A DNA stretch of 64,000 bases, from the NCBI GenBank assembly GCA_037129835.1, contig JBAXUE010000003.1, positions 87,275-151,274 of the forward strand, in the 5' to 3' direction. The stretch is from a bacterium (GTDB lineage Bacteria; Patescibacteriota; CPR2; UBA1875; CAIMLA01). Under the pieces are notes generated by a model. That model saw only the letters and a list, made by a program, of their open reading frames with translations, searched no databases and was not told the origin of the DNA. Shown here piece by piece: positions 1 through 9,765 of the stretch. How positions within the stretch are numbered: the first letter of the stretch is position 1; every line of letters begins with the position of its first letter. A program made the translations under genes and the position numbers.

Positions 1-350
1 GAGACGAGGCTGCACAGGCACTAGTGGTGTCTGAAAACAAGGGTCTTTCAGAACAAAGCTTTATGCAAGAAAAAAGGGCTCGCCTTGATAGGCGTCTTGA
101 TATCCTTAGCCAATTAATTAATCCTAGCGATAGCGGACAGTCGGTCGATGAATTGTTAAAAATAGTGCGCACTTTACACAGGGGAACAAAAAGCGAAGTA
201 ACTTTAGATGGTGGTAAATATATTGAAATTGTACAAGATTATGAAGATCTAGAGGGCTTTTTACTGCAATTTAATGATTCAAATAAAATCGAATCATATC
301 GACAAGACAATTTTTCATACAGAAATTGGTTAGAAAGTGGTGAAGTATAA
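1..350 (+). CDS. hypothetical protein, probably 5'-truncated by the window edge
   Basis: Frame is open from the window start to TAA at 350; no recognisable motif. Confidence 0.55.
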   Translation, partial: DEAAQALVVSENKGLSEQSFMQEKRARLDRRLDILSQLINPSDSGQSVDELLKIVRTLHRGTKSEVTLDGGKYIEIVQDYEDLEGFLLQFNDSNKIESYRQDNFSYRNWLESGEV

Positions 351-457
351 ACTTAATTGAGGTTTTCGCGGATAACCGTTTTTTGATGATTGGTAAGCTG
401 GGTAGTATTTTCTGGCACTTTCCTCCGTTGAATATTTGATTAACAGGATTATATAAC

Positions 458-751
458 ATGGATTATACAAAGTTTATTAATAAAATCGAAGGTGAAAACA
501 GGGGAGATTTCTTGCTATTTACACTTTCAACGTGTATTTGGTGTCGTAAAACCAAGTCCTTTCTTGATAGTTTAGGGGTAGAATATGGCTATATTGATGT
601 TGACCTAGTAGATGGCGATGAAGGGGAGATGGTAATGTTGGAGATGCATAAATACAATCCCAAAACCTCTTTCCCTACGATCGTGGTTAATAAGGGCGAA
701 AAGGTTATTCTTGGTTTTGAGGAAGATCAAATTCGCGAAAGTCTTAAATAA
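458..751 (+). CDS. glutaredoxin/NrdH-like redoxin
   Basis: TLSTCIWC CxxC motif, SFPTIVV cis-Pro loop, ILGF. Confidence 0.85.
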   Translation: MDYTKFINKIEGENRGDFLLFTLSTCIWCRKTKSFLDSLGVEYGYIDVDLVDGDEGEMVMLEMHKYNPKTSFPTIVVNKGEKVILGFEEDQIRESLK

Positions 752-1260
752 TGATCGAAAAAGAAAGAGTTAATGACCTTAGGGGTAAATTGGCAGAACT
801 CAATCAACGACGAGGGTACTATCTAAATCCAGACGTTGAATTTACTAAGGAATTACTAGAAAGTCTACTCGTTAACGAAGACCGGTATGGATATCAGGCT
901 TGCCCTTGTAGGCTGGCGACAGGTAAACGTGCTGAGGATTTGGATATTGTCTGCCCGTGCGATTATCGTGACGCCGATATAATTGATTACGGAGCTTGTT
1001 ACTGTGGGTTATACGTTTCAAAAGATATATATGAAGGTAAAAGCCGGCTTAAGCCAATACCAGAAAGAAGAAAGTTTAAGATAGAAGGGGTGATTATGGA
1101 ATCAAAAAAGGAATTTGATGTTGTAAAATTACCAGTATGGCGATGTACAGTTTGCGGTTATCTCTGTGCTAGAGAAAATCCACCAGAGATTTGCCCTATA
1201 TGTGGCGTCGCACACGATAGGTTCGAGAGGTTCGAGCGAAGCAAACATTGCCCGAAATAA
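751..1260 (+). CDS. ferredoxin-thioredoxin reductase catalytic-subunit-like protein fused to a C-terminal rubredoxin-like domain
   Basis: CPC, CPC and CYC motifs (YGYQACPCR, VCPCDY, GACYCGLY), then WRCTVCGY...PEICPICG. Confidence 0.85.
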   Translation: MIEKERVNDLRGKLAELNQRRGYYLNPDVEFTKELLESLLVNEDRYGYQACPCRLATGKRAEDLDIVCPCDYRDADIIDYGACYCGLYVSKDIYEGKSRLKPIPERRKFKIEGVIMESKKEFDVVKLPVWRCTVCGYLCARENPPEICPICGVAHDRFERFERSKHCPK

Positions 1261-1493
1261 AACTTGGAATATATCGAAATTATAAAGGGCATGACTACGA
1301 GGTGATGGGTGTGGGTACCAATACAGAAACACGAGAAATATTTGTGGTATACAAAATGCTATACGATTCAGAAGGCTATAAATGTGGTTCTATTTGGATG
1401 CGGCCTTTTGATATGTTTACTGGTAAAGTTACTATTGAAGGGAAAGAACAACAGCGCTTTAAATATATCGGGACTCAGAAGGAAGACAAATAA
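1248..1493 (+). CDS. DUF1653 family protein
   Basis: GIYRNYKG..YEV...TET.E..VVY..LY...W.RP..MF...RF pattern. Confidence 0.8.
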   Translation: MPEIKLGIYRNYKGHDYEVMGVGTNTETREIFVVYKMLYDSEGYKCGSIWMRPFDMFTGKVTIEGKEQQRFKYIGTQKEDK

Positions 1494-1537
1494 CTTCAAA
1501 ATTTGTCTTGGATGAGCTATAATACCGCCACGGAGAA

Positions 1538-3295
1538 GTGGATTTGAATGAACTTGATGAAATAAAGAATCGGCTGGACATAGTCGAGTACATCGGAAAA
1601 TATGTTCCACTAAAGCAAGCTGGCAGGAACTGGAAAGGCCTGTGCCCTTTTCATAATGAGAAAACGGGCTCCTTTATGGTGAGTTCAGAAAAACAAATAT
1701 TTCATTGTTTTGGTTGTGGTGAAGGCGGGGATATCGTCACTTTTGCCGAAAAAATCGAAGGCATCGACTTTCAAACTGCCCTCAAAGAGCTTGCCGATAA
1801 GGCTGGAGTGAAATTACCAGACAATTATCAGGCCAAAAAAGAGCCAACAGATAAGCTTTTTGACATTAGTAAACAAGCTGCAGATATTTACGAAAAAGAA
1901 CTATATAAATCAGAAAATAAGAAGGTGTACCAATATTTGCTTGATAGAGGCATGACAAAAGAAACCATAAAAACTTTTAATCTCGGTTTCGCACCTGTTT
2001 CGGGCACAATAATAGTGAAAGACCTGGGCGAGCTCGGTTATATCCAAGAAGACTTGATAAAGGCCGGTGTCGCAAAAGAGAGAAACGGGCGACTTCTTGA
2101 CCAATTCTATAACCGCATTATTTTCCCTATTCGTAACGCGAGTGGTAAGATCGTTGCTTTTACGGCTCGTGTTCTTGACGATTCTTTGCCAAAATATATT
2201 AATACTCCAGAGACGCCGATATATCACAAGTCAGATATACTTTTTGGTTTTGATATGGCAAAAGAGCAGATTCGTAAGCAAGATCACATTATTATCGTCG
2301 AGGGTCAGATGGACGCTATTTTTTCTCACCAGGCAGGAGTAAATAACGTCGTCGCCTCTAGTGGGACCGCACTTACTGTGGCACAACTAGACATCATAAA
2401 GCGTTTTACCAAGAATATTAAAATTGCTTTTGATGTTGATATGGCAGGTCAGAATGCGACACGTCGAGCCATCGAGCTCGCCTGGGAGCGTGAATTCAAT
2501 ATCAAGGTGATTAGTGTGCCCGAAGGTAAGGACCCCGCTGACCTAGTAAAAAGTGACCCGAAGAAGTGGATTCAGGCTTGCAAAAAGGCTAAATATGTTG
2601 TAGACTATATTTTTGACAGCACCTTTGAAAAATACAACATAACGAATATTTTAGATAAAAAGCAAGCAACCAAAGAGTTACTTGTGATGATAAAAAAGCT
2701 ACCAGACCCAGTCGAAAGAGAGCACTATCTCAAATTATTAGCCGGTAAAGTAAATGTCAGTGAGCAAGCTTTGAGCGATGCCCTGACAAAAGTAAAAAAT
2801 ACTCCGGTAAAAACGACTTCTGGTGATAGCGAAAAGGCGACAATTTACAAATCGCCTACAAAAAACAAAGAAGAGCACACGTTGTCTATGTTGCTCCTCT
2901 CACCTAAATATTGCGAATTTTTCTTTAATAAATTGAACGTATCCGACTTTGAGGACGAAAAAGTCCGAGACATAGTCGTCACGATAGAAAAATATTACGC
3001 AAAAGAAGCCAAATTCGACACCAAGAAATGGCAAAAAAAATTGAATAAAGAAGAATCTGATTATGTCGATAGACTGGTTATGATTACTGAAGATGAGTTT
3101 TCTGAAGCTGATGAGGAGATACTTCTCGAAGAGACTTTTTATACCGTTGTTCGACTCAAAAAAGACGTTATCGAGCGCGAAAAACATGAGCTCAACAATA
3201 GATTAATGGTTGCAGAAAGGTCTGCCGACAAAAAAGAACAAGCAAAATTATTGCAAGAATTTCAAAAACTTATAGAAAAAGAAAGAAATATCTAA
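1538..3295 (+). CDS. dnaG: DNA primase
   Basis: CPFH...FHCFGC zinc finger, PKYINTPET, TOPRIM EGQMD and FDVD. Confidence 0.97.
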   Translation: MDLNELDEIKNRLDIVEYIGKYVPLKQAGRNWKGLCPFHNEKTGSFMVSSEKQIFHCFGCGEGGDIVTFAEKIEGIDFQTALKELADKAGVKLPDNYQAKKEPTDKLFDISKQAADIYEKELYKSENKKVYQYLLDRGMTKETIKTFNLGFAPVSGTIIVKDLGELGYIQEDLIKAGVAKERNGRLLDQFYNRIIFPIRNASGKIVAFTARVLDDSLPKYINTPETPIYHKSDILFGFDMAKEQIRKQDHIIIVEGQMDAIFSHQAGVNNVVASSGTALTVAQLDIIKRFTKNIKIAFDVDMAGQNATRRAIELAWEREFNIKVISVPEGKDPADLVKSDPKKWIQACKKAKYVVDYIFDSTFEKYNITNILDKKQATKELLVMIKKLPDPVEREHYLKLLAGKVNVSEQALSDALTKVKNTPVKTTSGDSEKATIYKSPTKNKEEHTLSMLLLSPKYCEFFFNKLNVSDFEDEKVRDIVVTIEKYYAKEAKFDTKKWQKKLNKEESDYVDRLVMITEDEFSEADEEILLEETFYTVVRLKKDVIEREKHELNNRLMVAERSADKKEQAKLLQEFQKLIEKERNI

Positions 3296-3365
3296 GCAGT
3301 AAATATCCAATATTACCAAAAAAACATAAGAAAATAAGTATTTACGAATATTTAAAGGAGCAAAA

Positions 3366-4445
3366 TTGGCTAAAGAAAAAGATTTTGGGAAAATAGTAGA
3401 AGCACTAGTTACTAAGGGGCGTGAACAAGGTTTCGTCACACAAGAAGAAATTTTGGGAAAGTTTCCAGAAGTTGAAGAAAACGTAGAGAAGCTCGATGAA
3501 CTTTATGCAACACTTTCCGAACAGGGCATCGAAGTCGTCGATAATAGAGAAAAAATGATCTGGGGTGAGGATGACGAAGACCCAGCTGCTGTTGAAACAT
3601 TTGATGATATTTCAGAGCTTGCCGATGACTCAGTCAGAATGTATCTACGCGAAATCGGCAAAATACCGCTTTTAACCCAAGCCGAAGAAGTAGATTTGGC
3701 TAAAAAAATATTAAAAGGTGATAAGCAAGCAAAAAAGAAACTCGCAGAAGCAAATATGAGACTAGTAGTTTCGATTGCTAAGAAATATATCGGTAGAGGT
3801 CTGGATCTTCTCGATCTTATTCAAGAAGGAAATACTGGCCTTCTTCGTGCTGTAGTTAAGTTTGATTATACCAAGGGCTTTAAGTTCTCAACTTATGCGA
3901 CTTGGTGGATCCGTCAGGCTATTACTCGTGCCATTGCCGACCAAGCTAGGACTATTCGTATTCCAGTGCATATGGTAGAAACCATTAACAAACTTATCCG
4001 AACTCAGAGAAGATTACTTCAAGAGCTTGGGCGTGAGCCGCTTCCTGAAGAAATTGCTCTAGAAATGGGGATTGAGACAGAAAAAGTAAACTACATCCTA
4101 AAGATTAAAGAAGATACTGTTTCTATTGAAGCACCTGTTGGTGAAGAAGAAGACAGTAGGCTTGCGGACTTTATCGAGGATCGTGATTCGGTCACTCCCG
4201 ATGAGGCTGCTACCTACCAACTTCTGAAAGAGAATATTGCTGATGTTCTGCAGCTTCTTACTCCGCGAGAGCAAAAGATTTTACGTATGAGGTTTGGTCT
4301 TGATGATGGCCGTTCTCACACTCTTGAGGAAACAGGGCAAGAGTTTGGCGTTACTCGTGAACGTATCAGGCAGATCGAGTCAAAGGCACTACAAAAGCTT
4401 AAGAAACATCGTGAAAGCAAAAAACTACGAGATTATTTGTACTAA
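3366..4445 (+). CDS. rpoD: primary sigma factor
   Basis: [42 protein letters not shown], region 4 TRERIRQIE. Confidence 0.97.
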   Translation: MAKEKDFGKIVEALVTKGREQGFVTQEEILGKFPEVEENVEKLDELYATLSEQGIEVVDNREKMIWGEDDEDPAAVETFDDISELADDSVRMYLREIGKIPLLTQAEEVDLAKKILKGDKQAKKKLAEANMRLVVSIAKKYIGRGLDLLDLIQEGNTGLLRAVVKFDYTKGFKFSTYATWWIRQAITRAIADQARTIRIPVHMVETINKLIRTQRRLLQELGREPLPEEIALEMGIETEKVNYILKIKEDTVSIEAPVGEEEDSRLADFIEDRDSVTPDEAATYQLLKENIADVLQLLTPREQKILRMRFGLDDGRSHTLEETGQEFGVTRERIRQIESKALQKLKKHRESKKLRDYLY

Positions 4446-4446
4446 T

Positions 4447-4470
4447 AATAAGCCCCATTAGGGGCTTATT
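4447..4470 (+). terminator. intrinsic terminator hairpin after rpoD
   Basis: AATAAGCCCC-ATTA-GGGGCTTATT. Confidence 0.7.
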
Positions 4471-4487
4471 TCTGCTATAATATACCT

Positions 4488-7286
4488 ATGAAAAGACCAA
4501 AATTTGTACTTATAGATGGTCATGCATTAATTCACCGAGCATATCATGCCATCCCACCACTCACCACCAAAAAAGGTGAGATAGTGAACGCTGTATATGG
4601 TTTTACGATGATTGTGTTAAACGTTTTACGTGATCTGAAGCCAGACTACATAGCGGTGGCGATGGATCTTCCTGGAAAAACTTTCCGTCACCATGATTTC
4701 GCGGACTATAAAGCCACAAGGAAGAAAGCGGATGATGACCTGGTAGCACAGTTTCCCCGTGTTTATGATGTTATTAATGCCTTAAATATCCCAATTTATG
4801 AACAAAAAGGCTTCGAAGCAGATGATATTATCGGATCGGCAGCAGAAAAGCTTAAAAACGACTACGAAGTGTACGTTGTTACTGGCGATCTTGATGAATT
4901 GCAACTCGTCGATGACCACGTCCACATCTACACAATGAAACGAGGATTTTCGGATATCTTTATCTATGATAAAGCAGCAGTAATGGAAAGATATGGTCTA
5001 ACTCCAGAAGAATTCGTCATTTTAAAGGCTCTCAAGGGCGATACTTCTGACAATATTCCAGGCGTCGCAGGCATCGGAGAAAAAACTGCTATCGATCTCG
5101 CATCAAAATACAAAAGTTTAGACGATTTATATGACAATTTGTATGAAATAAAGTCCTCAATTGCAAAGAAACTAGAAGACGGCAAAGAAAGTGCTTATCT
5201 CAGCTTGCATCTTTCAACAATAGTTCGTGATATCCCACTCGATATTTGCGAAGATGATTGTAAAACGCACCAATTTGACCGAGATAAAGCATTGGAATTA
5301 TTTCGTGAACTTGAGTTTAAATCATTATTAACTAGATTGCCAGTGAATAAGGACGATAAGGATATGGATTCCCGCCTACGCGGGAATGACAAGGGGGAGG
5401 GTAAGGATGACAAATATGATAATAATGGCAACATGGTAGTGAGTGAAAGCCGAGACCATTATACCAAAGAAAATTATATTCTCATTAATAATGAAGCAGA
5501 ACTAGTAAATCTAGCTAGTAAATTGTCGGCTCAGAAAATTATCGCTGTCGATACAGAGACAGATTCATTGGATACTATCTCTGCAAATCTGGTAGGAATA
5601 TCGTTTTCTTTTGAAGAAGGTAAGGCATATTATATTGCGATACTTGGTCTAGGTGGAGATACACTATCAAAGGAAACCGTTATAAGGCACTTGGATCCGA
5701 TACTTCGAGATCCGAAGGTTTCTAAAGTCGGCCATAATATCAAGTTTGATTACGAAGTACTTTTTGCAAACGGGTTTAGTTTTGAAGGTATCGTTTTTGA
5801 TACTATGGTGGCGGCATATCTGATTAATCCTAATGCAAGAGCTCAAAGATTAGACGAGCTAGCTTTCACTGAGCTTGGTATCGAGATGACGAAAATCGAT
5901 GAACTGATAGGAAAAGGTAAAGAGGAGATAACTTTTGATAAAGTGGACATCAATTCAGCTGCACTTTATGCCGCCGAAGATGCTGACATTACTTTACGCT
6001 TATACCATCATCTGCAGACAGATTTAGCAGAAGGCGGCTTCAATGAACTGATGGGCAAAATAGAGGCACCACTGATAACTGTTTTGGCTCGTGTGGAAAT
6101 GAATGGAGTAAAAATAGATTTGCCTTTGCTTTCTGATTTGTCTAAATCTTTTGGTTTAAGAATAGAAAAGCTGCAAACAGAGATTTACAAATTGGCTGGT
6201 GAAGAATTCAATATTGCCTCGCCTCTTCAAATGCAAAAAGTGCTTTATGACAACCTGGACCTTAGAAATAAAATACCATTTCCAAAAGACATAAAGAAAT
6301 TACCATCTGGCGGTTACTCGACAGGAGCAGAGCAACTGGAAAAGCTACGAGATTCTGGTCACCCAATAATAGAAAAAATTTTAGAATATAGAGAGCTTGC
6401 AAAACTAAAGAGTACGTATATCGACTCCCTGCCGAAGCTTGTTAGCTCTAAAACTGGACGGATTCACACTAGCTTTAACCAAGCTATTGTGGCAACGGGC
6501 AGACTTTCTTCTACAAATCCAAATCTCCAGAATATTCCTATTCGCACAGAGACAGGCATGCAGATACGCAAAGCATTTATTGCAGATCCCGGAAACAAAA
6601 TATTATCTGCAGATTACTCCCAGATAGAGCTACGAATTATTGCTCATATGTCAGGTGACACTGAAATGATAAAAGCCTTTAATGATGGCATAGATATCCA
6701 TACGGCGACAGCTGCCAAAGTATTTGCAGTCGATGAAAAAGATGTGACCAAAGAGATGCGTCGTACAGCGAAGATCGTGAATTTCGGAATCGTATATGGA
6801 GTTTCTGCCCATGGGCTACAGCGCCAAAGCAATCTTGAGTATGCAAGTGCTAAAGATTTTATTGATAAATATTTCGAAACATACAAAGGCGTTAAGCTTT
6901 ATCTAGACGCAGCTGTAAAAATAGCAAAAGAAAGAGGTTTCGCCGAAACTTTATTTGGGCGCAGACGGTATTTACCAGAGCTAAATAGTTCGAATTTCGC
7001 GGTTCGCGGCTCTGCAGAACGTATGGCTGCGAATATGCCGATTCAAGGGACAGCCGCAGATCTTATCAAACTTGCGATGATAGAAATAGACAAAGATTTA
7101 ACTACGTTTAGCCCTAAAACTAGGCTACTTCTTACGGTTCACGACGAGCTTGTTTTCGAAATTCCAGAAGACGAGGTCCAAAAAGTACAAGACTTTGTAA
7201 AGAAAAAGATGGAAAATGTAGTCAAGCTAGACGTGCCTGTAGTAGTAGACATCGGAGTAGGCGATAACTGGGGAGAAGCGAAATGA
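4488..7286 (+). CDS. polA: DNA polymerase I
   Basis: 5'-3' exonuclease (LIDG..L..RAYHA), 3'-5' exonuclease (DTET), ADYSQIELR, TVHDELVFE. Confidence 0.97.
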   Translation: MKRPKFVLIDGHALIHRAYHAIPPLTTKKGEIVNAVYGFTMIVLNVLRDLKPDYIAVAMDLPGKTFRHHDFADYKATRKKADDDLVAQFPRVYDVINALNIPIYEQKGFEADDIIGSAAEKLKNDYEVYVVTGDLDELQLVDDHVHIYTMKRGFSDIFIYDKAAVMERYGLTPEEFVILKALKGDTSDNIPGVAGIGEKTAIDLASKYKSLDDLYDNLYEIKSSIAKKLEDGKESAYLSLHLSTIVRDIPLDICEDDCKTHQFDRDKALELFRELEFKSLLTRLPVNKDDKDMDSRLRGNDKGEGKDDKYDNNGNMVVSESRDHYTKENYILINNEAELVNLASKLSAQKIIAVDTETDSLDTISANLVGISFSFEEGKAYYIAILGLGGDTLSKETVIRHLDPILRDPKVSKVGHNIKFDYEVLFANGFSFEGIVFDTMVAAYLINPNARAQRLDELAFTELGIEMTKIDELIGKGKEEITFDKVDINSAALYAAEDADITLRLYHHLQTDLAEGGFNELMGKIEAPLITVLARVEMNGVKIDLPLLSDLSKSFGLRIEKLQTEIYKLAGEEFNIASPLQMQKVLYDNLDLRNKIPFPKDIKKLPSGGYSTGAEQLEKLRDSGHPIIEKILEYRELAKLKSTYIDSLPKLVSSKTGRIHTSFNQAIVATGRLSSTNPNLQNIPIRTETGMQIRKAFIADPGNKILSADYSQIELRIIAHMSGDTEMIKAFNDGIDIHTATAAKVFAVDEKDVTKEMRRTAKIVNFGIVYGVSAHGLQRQSNLEYASAKDFIDKYFETYKGVKLYLDAAVKIAKERGFAETLFGRRRYLPELNSSNFAVRGSAERMAANMPIQGTAADLIKLAMIEIDKDLTTFSPKTRLLLTVHDELVFEIPEDEVQKVQDFVKKKMENVVKLDVPVVVDIGVGDNWGEAK
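5367..5390 (+). repeat. REP/dRS3-like palindrome in frame within the polA interdomain linker
   Basis: GATTCCCGC-CTA-CGCGGGAATGAC (encodes DSRLRGND); 22/24 identical to intergenic 53425-53448. Confidence 0.85.
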
Positions 7287-7804
7287 AAACATGGCATAAG
7301 ATTGGCTTCGTAATTTCGACCCTGCTAACATTGGCAAGCTGGGCTATAGCACTATATTATTGGGACAAGCTACCTAGTGTGATACCAACGCATTTTGGAT
7401 TCAATGGACCAGCTAATGGTTGGAGCAACAAATCAATATTTTATGTATTCATGATACCTTTTATACAAAGTCTGATGCTAGCTTGTTTCGGCTTTTTGTA
7501 CTGGAAACCACAGTTTTCTGACATGCCAACTACTTTGTGGCTTATGACTATGGGAGAAACAAAACGCGTACACGCCTTTGACCTCATTCGCACTATGTTA
7601 GTGGTAATCGGATTGTGGGTCGGGGTGCTCCTTACATATATTACTTACGGAATGAATATCTCGGCTTTAGATAATAGTATGGGTCTTAATACGTGGCTGC
7701 TCATGACGATAATAGTATTAATGATTATTTGGTTAATCTGGTGGACAGCAAAGGTGTATAAAGCAACTAAGGCTGCTATTGGGGATAATAAAACTGAGAA
7801 ATAA
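7283..7804 (+). CDS. DUF1648/SdpI-like membrane protein
   Basis: LPSVIPTHFGFNGPANGW motif, four hydrophobic segments. Confidence 0.8.
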   Translation: MKTWHKIGFVISTLLTLASWAIALYYWDKLPSVIPTHFGFNGPANGWSNKSIFYVFMIPFIQSLMLACFGFLYWKPQFSDMPTTLWLMTMGETKRVHAFDLIRTMLVVIGLWVGVLLTYITYGMNISALDNSMGLNTWLLMTIIVLMIIWLIWWTAKVYKATKAAIGDNKTEK

Positions 7805-8925
7805 TGAATATATATATTCACATTCCTTTTTGTCATTCAAAGTGCGCTTATTGCGCATTTTTGAGTCATTGCGATGTTCAGAAGGAAGACGAGTATGTGG
7901 ATGCGCTATGTGAAGAAATCAAAACTCGACTCTCTGAATATTTTTCTAGAGAGCAAGGCGACTTGGGAAGTAGTTATCGGCTACGTTCGAACAACAGAGT
8001 GGAGACAGTATACTTTGGTGGCGGAACGCCGAGTTTACTAAAAAAATGTAATATTAGTAAAATTATTCAAACACTAAATAGTTGTGTAGTTTTCGGAAAA
8101 GATATAGAAATCACGCTAGAATGCAACCCAGAAGATATAACAAAAGCTAATCTTATTAGCTGGAAGGAATCCGGAGTAAATCGTCTTAGTATAGGTGTGC
8201 AAACGCTTAATAATGACGCTAGAAGTATTGTTGGCAGAGAACTAACTTCAAACGAGACGATAAATCGAATAGTTTTGACACAAAAATATTTTACAAATAT
8301 CGGAATTGATATAATTTCTGGATTGCCAGGAGAAAGTACCGAAAGTCTGCTGGGAGGAATAGAAATTATCAGTAATTTAGGCATCGATCACATCTCATTT
8401 TATGACCTGGAAATAAATCAGGGCTCACAATTGTCAAAAACACCGCAGAAGTTTACTCTACTAGTGGAAGACACTAGGGCAGATATGCTAATAGCGGGTT
8501 GGCAGAAACTTTCAAATTTGGGCTACAAACAGTATGAAATATCGAATTTTACCAGCAATAAGCATAATTGTCGACATAATCTCGATTTTTGGAAAGGTAG
8601 AGACTATCATGGTTTTGGGCTCGGCGCTACATCAAGGCTTGGAAACCAAATATTAACGAATACGACAGATTTTGAGCTATATTTATTGGGTAATATGTCT
8701 GAACGAGCAGACACCCTCTCCGCTTATGAGATAAATAGAATGAATTTATTGTCGGCGATGCGCCTTCTCACAACATTTAAGAAGGAATACCGTAAATTGT
8801 TGGGTTCAAAAGCCTTACCGCAAGACTTGATAGATGCAAAATATATTACTACGGACTTTCGGCTGACTCCCGCTGGCAAGCTAGTGTATAATCTAATCGT
8901 AAATAGGTTGGTATTAGATGAATAA
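7804..8925 (+). CDS. hemW: radical SAM HemW/HemN-like protein
   Basis: YIHIPFCHSKCAYCAF, YFGGGTPS, NRLSIGVQ, YEISNF, HNLDFW. Confidence 0.85.
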   Translation: MNIYIHIPFCHSKCAYCAFLSHCDVQKEDEYVDALCEEIKTRLSEYFSREQGDLGSSYRLRSNNRVETVYFGGGTPSLLKKCNISKIIQTLNSCVVFGKDIEITLECNPEDITKANLISWKESGVNRLSIGVQTLNNDARSIVGRELTSNETINRIVLTQKYFTNIGIDIISGLPGESTESLLGGIEIISNLGIDHISFYDLEINQGSQLSKTPQKFTLLVEDTRADMLIAGWQKLSNLGYKQYEISNFTSNKHNCRHNLDFWKGRDYHGFGLGATSRLGNQILTNTTDFELYLLGNMSERADTLSAYEINRMNLLSAMRLLTTFKKEYRKLLGSKALPQDLIDAKYITTDFRLTPAGKLVYNLIVNRLVLDE

Positions 8926-9682
8926 AAAAATATTAGTTTTATGTTTATATATATTCTCAGTGATAGTGGGCGGAGCAATAATAGGGATTGCTAGATATCA
9001 ATATATAAATTCTGAAGTTTTAAATAACAAAGAAAGAGTTTCGGCGCCGATTGAAACAGCAAAAAATCCTACTGTTTCAATACAGCCCACGATTACTACG
9101 TTTATAGAAAAATCCTTACCGGCGAGCGCAGATATAACAGTTCCATATGCGGCTCAAGCACCATTCTCAAACTGGGCAGTTCACGAAGAGTCTTGTGAAG
9201 AGGCCGCGCTACTTATGTATCATGAGTTTCTGGTCGGGACCACATACCCGGCGAATAAAATACCAGATGCCATGGACGACACCACACTCCGCGATATGAA
9301 GTCTTGGCAAATTAAGAACTATGGTTCTGAGGCAGATCTATCTATGGACACTTTGGGAAAGTTCGCTGCAAATTATTATGGCTTAAAGCCAGTTGTAAAG
9401 AAGGATATTGGTGAAGCAGATATTAAAAGGGCTCTTGCGACAGGTTCTCCAGTTCTCGTTCCTGTGATGACTCATTCGCTTCAAAATAGTATGTATGGGC
9501 CTTATACGGTATATCACATCTTACTTATCAAGGGCTATGACGCTGCAGGGGTAATTACCAACGATGCCGGCGTTGGTAATGGTGTAAACAAACACTATTC
9601 ATGGGATATTCTCTGGCAGGCTATTGATGCTCAAACAGCCAAAATGAACCAGAGTAGAACTATGCTGATATTATCAAAATAG
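8918..9682 (+). CDS. membrane-anchored C39-like cysteine peptidase
   Basis: N-terminal TM; VPY..QAP...CEEA (Cys), YHILLIKGYD (His), ITND. Confidence 0.75.
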   Translation: MNKKILVLCLYIFSVIVGGAIIGIARYQYINSEVLNNKERVSAPIETAKNPTVSIQPTITTFIEKSLPASADITVPYAAQAPFSNWAVHEESCEEAALLMYHEFLVGTTYPANKIPDAMDDTTLRDMKSWQIKNYGSEADLSMDTLGKFAANYYGLKPVVKKDIGEADIKRALATGSPVLVPVMTHSLQNSMYGPYTVYHILLIKGYDAAGVITNDAGVGNGVNKHYSWDILWQAIDAQTAKMNQSRTMLILSK

Positions 9683-9694
9683 AACACTAAAACT

Positions 9695-9753
9695 GTATAC
9701 TAAACAAAACTCTTGACATGTGGATAACTCTAGGTATACACTATTGGTATACA
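9695..9753 (+). promoter_or_regulatory. lexA promoter with repeated GTATAC motifs and a DnaA box
   Basis: TTGACA 9713-9718; TGTGGATAA 9719-9727 (reverse complement of TTATCCACA); GGTATACA at 9733-9740 and 9746-9753; GTATAC at 9695-9700. Confidence 0.6.
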
Positions 9754-9765
9754 AAAGGAGGCACA

